From contig JBIJBE010000044.1 of assembly GCA_044345405.1 (NCBI GenBank), positions 1 through 28,643 on the forward strand: DNA of 28,643 nucleotides. The letters run 5' to 3'. This stretch comes from Bdellovibrionota bacterium (GTDB taxonomy: Bacteria; Bdellovibrionota_C; UBA2361; OMII01). The notes beneath the pieces are model-generated. The model was not told the DNA's origin, ran no database searches, and saw only the letters and a program-made list of their open reading frames with translations. The translations under genes were made by a program, and so were the position numbers. Each line of letters starts with the position of its first letter. Position 1 is the first letter of the stretch. Below are positions 7,626 through 16,256 of the stretch, in pieces.

Positions 7626-7767
7626 GGCGGTCAGCAATGACCGCCGTTCCATATAATGCGGTGCGTATCGGGAGGGATCGTTTGCCCCGCGAAACACGGC
7701 GGTCGGAGACGACCGGCCTCCGAGATCACGAGTCATGCATCGGGAGGGCGACCGTCCCCGGTCGCCG
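7626..7767. repeat. Cluster of REP-like GC hairpins between convergent genes
   Basis: 7626-7650 (minus GGAACGGCGGTCATTGCTGACCGCC), 7697-7721 (minus GGAGGCCGGTCGTCTCCGACCGCCG) and 7743-7767 (plus GGAGGGCGACCGTCCCCGGTCGCCG). Confidence 0.65.
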
Positions 7768-7800
7768 AAATGTCACGTCTCGGAAAAATCGAAAGACGTC

Positions 7801-8688
7801 CTACCTCCGCACCCCCCGCACCACCGTGAATCGATCATCCTCCGAATCATCCCCAAGAAGAGAGAACTCGTACTGCGACTCAAAGTTTGGCAACAACTCC
7901 TTGAGCGCCGCTCGCTTACCCGCGCCAACCTCTACCAAAAGCAATCCCCCACTCCGAAGTCGAGAGCTCGCCTGCTCAAGGATAATTCTAACATCTCGCA
8001 GTCCCCTCTCCTCGGCGAAAAGCGCGCAGTGCGGCTCAAAGGAGAGCTCTATCGGCACCTGCTCAGCGGGATCGATGTAGGGGGGATTCGCGATCATGAG
8101 ATCGTACGGCGGCTTCCCTTCCCTCACGCCCTCTAACCAATTAGCGCGCACATACTCGATCCGACCGTGGACATCGTGGCGTTTAGCATTCGACTCCGCT
8201 ACGTGAAGCGCTTCACGACTGATATCAACACCGACTCCTCGCGCGTCACACCGCTGCTTGAGCAACTCAACAACGAGCGCGATCGAGAGACATCCAGAAC
8301 CAACACCGAGATCGATAAAGCGAAGGGCACGAGTACTCCCCGCGAAGGCGAGAGCCTCCTCAACGATAAGCTCCGACTCAGGACGTGGCACCAAAACGGA
8401 GGGAGAAACAGCGAACGAAAGCCCCCAAAACTCGCGCTCCCCGGTTATATACGCGACAGGCTCCCCTCGCTGTCTCCGTTCGATGAACGCGCTGAAATGA
8501 GCGACAACCTCCGGCTTACAAAGAGCGGTGGCATTTACGATTAGTTGGGTACGCGAATATCCAAGGATGTGCCCGAGCAACACCTCACTATCGAGACGAG
8601 CCGATGACGATACCCCCGCGAGCGCGAGGGCCCCTCGATGAACGAGATCACCGATCGTTGGTTGATTATTGGACGACTGTCTCTCCAC
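7801..8688 (-). CDS. prmC: Release factor glutamine methyltransferase PrmC/HemK
   Basis: [34 protein letters not shown]; overlaps the 3' end of prfA. Confidence 0.96.
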   Translation of the reverse strand: MERQSSNNQPTIGDLVHRGALALAGVSSSARLDSEVLLGHILGYSRTQLIVNATALCKPEVVAHFSAFIERRQRGEPVAYITGEREFWGLSFAVSPSVLVPRPESELIVEEALAFAGSTRALRFIDLGVGSGCLSIALVVELLKQRCDARGVGVDISREALHVAESNAKRHDVHGRIEYVRANWLEGVREGKPPYDLMIANPPYIDPAEQVPIELSFEPHCALFAEERGLRDVRIILEQASSRLRSGGLLLVEVGAGKRAALKELLPNFESQYEFSLLGDDSEDDRFTVVRGVRR

Positions 8689-9748
8689 GCAACGCCTCTG
8701 CTTGAGAATGAGCGATGATCGGATCGATCAACTGGTCGACATCTCCACCGAGCACGGCCTCCACATCGCTCACCGATAGTTTAATACGGTGATCGGTGAT
8801 GCGAGACTGTGGGAAGTTATAGGTTCGGATCTTCTCCGATCGATCTCCGGTTCCCACCTGGCTCCGTCGATCGTCTCGACGTTCAGCGTCAAGTTCGGCT
8901 TGCTTCTGCTCAAAGATACGAGCCTTGAGAACTCGCATCGCCTTTTCCTTGTTCTTGGTCTGGGACTTCTCATCCTGCATCGCGACAACCACGCCGGTTG
9001 GGATGTGCGTAATTCGAACGGCTGAGTCAGTCGTGTTAACGGACTGCCCACCCGGACCACCGGCGCGATACACGTCGATGCGGAGGTCTTTGTCGAAGAT
9101 CTTGATCTCAACGTCCTCGGCCTCAGGCAACACAGCAACCGTGACCGTTGAGGTATGGATTCGACCAGCAGCTTCTGTAGCGGGAACACGTTGAACTCGA
9201 TGTACCCCACGCTCGTACTTGAGACGGCTAAATGCGCCCTCGCCTGTTACCATAGCGATGACCTCCTTAACTCCTCCAGGTCCCGCGTCGCTCGCGCTCA
9301 TCACCTCAACACGCCATCCGCGAGCCTCAGCATACCGCGAGTACATACGGAAGAGCTCCCCAGCAAAAAGAGAAGCCTCATCTCCTCCAGCACCCGCTCG
9401 AATCTCTAGGATAACGTTCTTATGATCGTTTGGATCCTTGGGAAGAAGCAGTACCTGAAGTTGCTTCTCAAGATCCGTCACCACGTTCTCAAGAACACGA
9501 AGCTCTTCAGCCGCCATCTCTCGAAGGTCCGGATCGCTCGATGACGCGAGAAGCTCTTTGCTACCCGTGAGCTCTTCGCTCGCCTTACTGAAAGACCGGT
9601 AGGTCGTCACTAGGTCGGTGAGATCTTTATACTCCTTCGAGTACTTCTGAAACGTATCTCGATCCGAGATGATCTCAGGCTTTGACAACTGCTGAGCGAG
9701 CGATTCATAACGCTCCTCAACCTCTTTTAGTTTATCCCACATGCTCAT
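8666..9748 (-). CDS. prfA: Peptide chain release factor 1
   Basis: [20 protein letters not shown] (RF1 PxT motif), [15 protein letters not shown]. Confidence 0.98.
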   Translation of the reverse strand: MSMWDKLKEVEERYESLAQQLSKPEIISDRDTFQKYSKEYKDLTDLVTTYRSFSKASEELTGSKELLASSSDPDLREMAAEELRVLENVVTDLEKQLQVLLLPKDPNDHKNVILEIRAGAGGDEASLFAGELFRMYSRYAEARGWRVEVMSASDAGPGGVKEVIAMVTGEGAFSRLKYERGVHRVQRVPATEAAGRIHTSTVTVAVLPEAEDVEIKIFDKDLRIDVYRAGGPGGQSVNTTDSAVRITHIPTGVVVAMQDEKSQTKNKEKAMRVLKARIFEQKQAELDAERRDDRRSQVGTGDRSEKIRTYNFPQSRITDHRIKLSVSDVEAVLGGDVDQLIDPIIAHSQAEALRGETVVQ

Positions 9749-9763
9749 ACGACTTCTTTCGAA

Positions 9764-10951
9764 CTACTCCGTCTCTAACAACGCCGCGTGAATATCTGAA
9801 CGCATCGACGCGAATCGTTTCGTCATTCCGTTCGCGACGCTGCCACTCGTTAAAATTACGGCGATCAGGTCTCGCTTTGGCTCGATAACGATCGAGCAGC
9901 CTGTCGCGCTGGATACCGTCACCGCCTCTGGCGCGACCCCAGCCGCCGAGGCTCCCTCTGGTGACACAACACCCTCAAACCCCAAACGCCAATCGGGATC
10001 GAAGTCCGGAAGATTCGGCGCCATGAACGCGCGAACAACTTCCGCGCTGATAAGATCGGATCGCCCCTTGAGGGCCGCGAGCATTTCAGCCGCCCACGCC
10101 AGAAGATCATCAGCTGTGCCGAAGAGCCCATTGTGCCCCGACACACCTCCCATCGCCCATGCGTGTTCATCCCACACCTCTCCGCACACGACACGACCAC
10201 GCCGCGCGCATTTGCCCATCGGGGCGAACACTTCGGTCATCGGACGCACGTTCTTACTGCGAACGGAGGAAAGCTCAATGAAATTTAAACTTCGTAGGCC
10301 AATAGGCGCCGCGACGAATCGCGAGAACGCCTTTTCAAGCGGCATCCCGGTGATCGCCTCACAGATCTCCCCGAGGACGATGTAGTCGGCGTCACTGCGA
10401 AGCTGCCGAGTCCCCGGTTCGTAACGAGGCGGAAGCTTGTGAAGGAAGTTGTAGGCGTACTGCCGCGCACCACTACTTGAGAGCAGTCCCGGCCGAGGTC
10501 CCGCGTGCGCGCGAAGGATATCATCCGCGACGCCTGTCGTGGTTCCATATCCTGCCGCGTGAGCAAGAAGGTGCGCTAAAGTAATCTGAGAGCGTTGCCC
10601 TACAGCGAGCGATTGGACGAATCTCGAGGCCCTATCGAGGAGATTCACCTTGCCTCCAGATATGAGGCGCATCATAAGGGTCGCGGTGCACACAACCTCG
10701 GTAAGCGTTCCGAGATCAAAGACGGTCGTGAATTCGAGGGGACTATCCTCGGTCACTCCCTCAAGAGGGACCTTACTGCCGCGACAGATCTGAATCGTGA
10801 ACCGTCCATGTTGCGCGGCGGCTACAAGCGCGCCACTCACGGTCCCCTCAGAGAGCGCCTTATCGAGGATCTCTGAGACCCGAGCCGCGGCCCCTCCACG
10901 CCAGCCTTCGCTGCCGGGGGATGGGGTATGTGTCGTGACAGCGGCGCTCAT
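9764..10951 (-). CDS. Beta-lactamase-family serine hydrolase fold protein with degenerate catalytic motifs
   Basis: Family motifs FDLG.LT, ITL.HLLAH.AG, EPGT, GEV.DE.AWAMGGVSGH.GLFGTADDL are present, but SxxK reads TLTE. Confidence 0.85.
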   Translation of the reverse strand: MSAAVTTHTPSPGSEGWRGGAAARVSEILDKALSEGTVSGALVAAAQHGRFTIQICRGSKVPLEGVTEDSPLEFTTVFDLGTLTEVVCTATLMMRLISGGKVNLLDRASRFVQSLAVGQRSQITLAHLLAHAAGYGTTTGVADDILRAHAGPRPGLLSSSGARQYAYNFLHKLPPRYEPGTRQLRSDADYIVLGEICEAITGMPLEKAFSRFVAAPIGLRSLNFIELSSVRSKNVRPMTEVFAPMGKCARRGRVVCGEVWDEHAWAMGGVSGHNGLFGTADDLLAWAAEMLAALKGRSDLISAEVVRAFMAPNLPDFDPDWRLGFEGVVSPEGASAAGVAPEAVTVSSATGCSIVIEPKRDLIAVILTSGSVANGMTKRFASMRSDIHAALLETE

Positions 10952-11192
10952 CGATGCCGTAACTCCCTTAAATGGATAGGTGAAACTCCGCCGGGACTAT
11001 AGCCTGATTCGGGTGGAGAAATCTATAAAACGAGCCCCGACCCCGCCTAGGGGCGCCGATCCCCCGTGAACGTGCTCGTGAACGTAAACGTGCACGTTCA
11101 CGAAGAAGCCCCAGTTAAAAGACAGTCCCCGTTCGATATACCCACATCCATACCACTATCCACCCTCCCCTCAAGAAAAATCTCCCCCTCCC

Positions 11193-11222
11193 CCTTGAAA
11201 TGATAAAGACCAGTGCGCATTA
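11193..11222 (+). promoter_or_regulatory. Putative RpoH (sigma-32)-type heat-shock promoter of groES-groEL
   Basis: CCTTGAAA, a 14-nt spacer, then GCGCATTA (consensus CTTGAAA-N13/14-CCCCATnT). The -35 is strong, the -10 partial. Confidence 0.55.
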
Positions 11223-11412
11223 ACAAAACGCACCCAGTCCCGTGTTGCTAACCCCGCTAATTGGGGTATTGTCGCGCGGCAGGCGTCCCGGGGGGCGGTT
11301 CGGCGCTTCAAGCCAAGCCAGCCGGGAGGTGCTAACACACGTAAGAATGAGGAACCCACTTTGGCTTGTTAGGTAAGCTAAGTCCTTTTTTCTACATTCG
11401 GAGGTAAAGGTA

Positions 11413-11715
11413 ATGAGCAGCAAGAAGAACAAGATCCGGCCGTTACAAGACCGTATCATCGTTGAGCGTTTGGCTCCTGAGGAAAAATCCGCTGGCGGAC
11501 TTTTCCTTCCAGACAATGCACAAGAGCGCCCTCAGCGCGGACGTGTCGTTGCAGTTGGAAAGGGCAAGGTTCGTGAGGACGGAACTGTTAACCCAGTAGA
11601 CGTTAAAGAGGGCGACGAGATCCTCTTCGGTAAGTACAGCGGCGTAGAGGTAAAGGTTGAGGGCACTGACCTCCTTATCATGCGCGAAGACGATGTACTT
11701 GGCGTCGTTCTCTAA
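11413..11715 (+). CDS. groES: Co-chaperonin GroES
   Basis: [33 protein letters not shown]; RBS GGAGGT. Confidence 0.98.
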   Translation: MSSKKNKIRPLQDRIIVERLAPEEKSAGGLFLPDNAQERPQRGRVVAVGKGKVREDGTVNPVDVKEGDEILFGKYSGVEVKVEGTDLLIMREDDVLGVVL

Positions 11716-11763
11716 CCTGAACGACCAGTCACGAAACGTTTTAAGTAAAACAATAAGGAATAA

Positions 11764-13416
<1,653 letters not shown>

Positions 13417-13432
13417 TCGACCAAAGGTCGAT

Positions 13433-13524
13433 TATCCCCCGAAGCCTCGGCGAAGGGGGATAGTTAAGCCCAAAGGCGAAATTACCCCTCGTAGCTCCGC
13501 AGGAGCGAAGGCGGATAATTTCGC
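13433..13524 (+). repeat. Two hairpin repeats of the same family as the ssrA-adjacent array
   Basis: tatcccccgaagcctcggcgaagggggata and gcgaaattacccctcgtagctccgcaggagcgaaggcggataatttcgc; compare the reverse complement of the 84-bp unit core, cccccgtagctttagcgaaggggg. Confidence 0.75.
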
Positions 13525-13537
13525 TTCCCAAAACCCT

Positions 13538-13569
13538 AAAAGCCTCGCGCGAAAGCGCGGGGCTTTTTT
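13538..13569 (+). terminator. Intrinsic terminator of groESL (copy 1 of the 44-bp direct repeat)
   Basis: aaaagcctcgcgc-gaaa-gcgcggggctttttt: GC stem, GAAA loop, U-tract. Confidence 0.9.
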
Positions 13570-13625
13570 ATTTGCCTTCGCCCTTTTGCTTGCCTCGCTT
13601 CTTCGACCTTCTCTATAGTTGTGCC

Positions 13626-14159
13626 ATGCAGATTTTGATGAGCATTCATTCAGCGGCGACCAGCGCTCACAAACGATTCCTCCTTATCGGTGGGCACGCG
13701 CTCAATGTGCACGGAATTATGCGCGCCACCGGCGATGTCGATATCATGGTTGAAGCGCAAGACGCTGCGTTCTGGAGAGAATTACTGCAAAGCTTCGGAT
13801 ATGACATCTTTCACGAGTCCAGCGCCTTCATGCAATCCAAGCCTACAGAGATCACCGCGTGGCCGATTGACCTCATGCTGGTAGACGCGGCCACCATCAG
13901 CAAAGCCATGAGCGACGCGGTAACAACAGAGGTATTCGGCCCCCCCCTCTCAGTTGCCTCAGTGGAGAACTTGATAGCGATGAAGTTGCACGCATTAAAG
14001 TTCGTGGACGCCGTGCGAGCTCTAAAGGATCAAAGCGATCTATTCGCTCTCCTTGAACTCTCGGGAATGACAGTAGATTCAGAGTCATTTCGCCAAATGT
14101 GTGAGCGATATGGTACCATAGAGATATATGAGCGACTCGCGGCAATCAAAAAAAACTGA
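13626..14159 (+). CDS. Nucleotidyltransferase (Pol-beta superfamily, AbiEii/DUF6036-like), putative toxin
   Basis: LIGGHALNVHG..RATGDVD motif, LIAMKL, KD..DL. The ATG at 13626 is preferred over the TTG at 13572, which lies at the end of the duplicated terminator repeat. Confidence 0.8.
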   Translation: MQILMSIHSAATSAHKRFLLIGGHALNVHGIMRATGDVDIMVEAQDAAFWRELLQSFGYDIFHESSAFMQSKPTEITAWPIDLMLVDAATISKAMSDAVTTEVFGPPLSVASVENLIAMKLHALKFVDAVRALKDQSDLFALLELSGMTVDSESFRQMCERYGTIEIYERLAAIKKN

Positions 14160-14349
14160 GACGGTCACGGAGTCTCCAAGCACTCTCCTTACCCTCCCTG
14201 ACGGATCCTCTTTTACGTCGCAGAGCGTAAAAGTTGATATCAAAGAGATTATCGCCTTAAGCGAAAAACTACTTCCCATTTCAAATTCACGCCCCGACTT
14301 TATCGAGAGAAAAAAGTCTTCCGCGATACCGGTGAGATTCGTTTTGTAG
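14128..14349 (+). CDS. Small protein overlapping the NTase 3' end, putative partner/antitoxin
   Basis: 73 aa, 32-nt overlap, GAG-like RBS, ends in IPVRFVL; two-gene toxin-antitoxin-like layout. Confidence 0.65.
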   Translation: MSDSRQSKKTETVTESPSTLLTLPDGSSFTSQSVKVDIKEIIALSEKLLPISNSRPDFIERKKSSAIPVRFVL

Positions 14350-14494
14350 ATTAGACTCTGTCCAGCGGTATTGAACTCTGACAAGTACATAGCGGAGCCG
14401 ATAGTCACGCACCGGACCTCTTTCCCGATTTCTTATCCGTAATTTACCCTCAAGATAAAACAACTCCCCCCTCCCTTTTTCCGAACTCGCCTGC

Positions 14495-14660
14495 ATGCTC
14501 AGGCGCTACACGTGGGAGAAGGCAAAGGAGAAGCTTCAGCACTACAGGAGAAGAACTCCGGAAGCCTCCGTGCTCTACCAGATCGTCTACCACTCTAGCG
14601 ACGACCTCCAGTTCCAGTGGGAATCCAGGTTCCAGCACCAGTATGGCTACTTACGGGATA
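14495..14660 (+). pseudogene. N-terminal remnant of an IS91-family (rolling-circle) transposase
   Basis: YRRRTPEASVLYQIV...WESRFQHQYGYLR resembles the N-terminus preceding the zinc-binding domain of IS91-like transposases. The frame then runs into the terminator copy with no Cys/HUH motifs. Confidence 0.6.
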
Positions 14661-14724
14661 TCGCATCGTTTTTTGTAGGCGCGTTCCTTGGCGAGCTCTG
14701 GGCCGTTAGTGGCGGCAAAACCCT

Positions 14725-14756
14725 CAAAGCCTCGCGCGAAAGCGCGGGGCTTTTTT
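14725..14756 (+). terminator. Second copy of the groEL terminator (44-bp direct repeat 14716-14759)
   Basis: 43 of 44 nt identical to 13529-13572. Confidence 0.88.
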
Positions 14757-15287
14757 ATTGATGGAGACATGCGCAACCATTGAAGAGCAGAGTGCGATCG
14801 GCACTACTTTATCATCGAGGGTGACTTAACGAGGTACCCTGTACCAGGGAGGTCCATCGTGTGCTGTGCTTCACAGAGTTTGCCTAGCGATCTACTCGCT
14901 ATGCTCGAACGATTACATCCTCATAGAGCATCGGAGGGGCACAGGAACAGCTCTCCTCAACCTGCGTAGCGATCATCGAAATTACGAGCTGATCCAGCTT
15001 GCCTGGTTACCTCCACGGGAGTTGCGACGCGGCAGTAGGGATTGCGCAAGAGAGCGAGCTCTACCCTCTGCCCGCCTCACCGAAGCCCCTTACCGGGGGC
15101 CAAACTGTTCGTTTTTTTCATGCACTTGCGCCCCACAAACTCCGTTTCCACATATATTCTCAAGCTCCCCGAAAAAGAGGTTGCCCGAAGAACTTGTACC
15201 GTAGACATCGGGGATCGTTCGGCGTACCTGCCACACCCCTTTGTGGAAGAAGGGCAATAGTCGAGAATAATCTAGGGGGGATGGGAA

Positions 15288-16019
15288 ATGAAATTTGGAT
15301 CTTTATTCTTGTCGAGCGCCGTAGTCTTGAATGTGCTCGCTCTACCGGTCTCACATGGTTTTTGCGAAAGAGGAGCCCGCAGCGGCGGGTTCATCGAGCC
15401 ATCCGTTCAACAGGGCAGTGATCCTAATATCGTTACACTGTATCGGCACGACCCTCTCGGAGACGACTTCGATGTCATCAGAAAGGCGTATGGTGGTTGC
15501 TTCGATTCGGACGGGGACATAGCCAACTGTGGAACCAACCTTCGGATTTATTGGGCCGGCAGTAATGCGAGCCGACTGCCGACGTCTCTCGTTACTGGGC
15601 TTCAAGGAAACTCAAAGGGAGCGATTGTAGACCTTGGAACCGTGCAGGAGATGAACGAGCGCTACAAAAACAGCGTCCCTAAAAATTACGGGATGTGGCC
15701 GGGAGACTGGTTCACCACGCTCCAGGTATCTGGTAAGCGAGTGTTTGCGACGTTCCGCAACGGCGATTCCTACACTCCGATTCCTATCCCTGAAGCGAGC
15801 AAGCTTTTTTCGTCTACCTCTACAAATTTCTTCTCAGCCCCTGCAACGGTAGGGCACGTATATCTGCTCCGAGAGTTTACTCCGGGATACGAAGATGTGG
15901 TGTTCAAAGCCCTCGTTCTTGCAATGACCGAGGATTCTATCACCATTCGCTTCGCTCTTATGTGCAACGAAGAGCCATCTGCGAAACCCACGCCAACTCC
16001 CGAAGCATCGGCAGAATAG
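15288..16019 (+). CDS. Secreted hypothetical protein
   Basis: Signal-peptide-like N-terminus (MKFGSLFLSSAVVLNVLALP), globular body, short PTPTP tail, its own terminator. Confidence 0.8.
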   Translation: MKFGSLFLSSAVVLNVLALPVSHGFCERGARSGGFIEPSVQQGSDPNIVTLYRHDPLGDDFDVIRKAYGGCFDSDGDIANCGTNLRIYWAGSNASRLPTSLVTGLQGNSKGAIVDLGTVQEMNERYKNSVPKNYGMWPGDWFTTLQVSGKRVFATFRNGDSYTPIPIPEASKLFSSTSTNFFSAPATVGHVYLLREFTPGYEDVVFKALVLAMTEDSITIRFALMCNEEPSAKPTPTPEASAE

Positions 16020-16032
16020 GCTTCACATCTAC

Positions 16033-16074
16033 GGGCGCCCTCTCCGCACGAGCGGAAGAGGGCGCCCTTTTTTT
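16033..16074 (+). terminator. Intrinsic terminator
   Basis: gggcgccctct...agagggcgccc stem followed by T7, starting 14 nt after the stop codon. Confidence 0.88.
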
Positions 16075-16256
16075 ATGTGATACTGACGCTTTCCTTGAGT
16101 TGGCACCGGACCTCTTAGCGCCCTGCCCTCATCTGCTCAAATGAGGCCTAGGATAAGAAGCCTCGTACATTTCTCGGGTACCTTAAGCTAAGCGGTCAGC
16201 ACTGAAGGGGGAGCTTTATCTACAACCCATCCCGCTTCAGGCCAACCGCCGTGCCG

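Noticed and set aside
11241-11338. CIRCE (HrcA operator) upstream of groES
   Set aside because: Only a right-half-like GGTGCTAA is present, with no TTAGCACTC 9 bp upstream.
14866-15421. ORFs of 112, 140 and 72 aa upstream of the secreted protein
   Set aside because: They overlap each other, have no motifs or clear RBS, and have atypical composition; treated as intergenic or decayed DNA.
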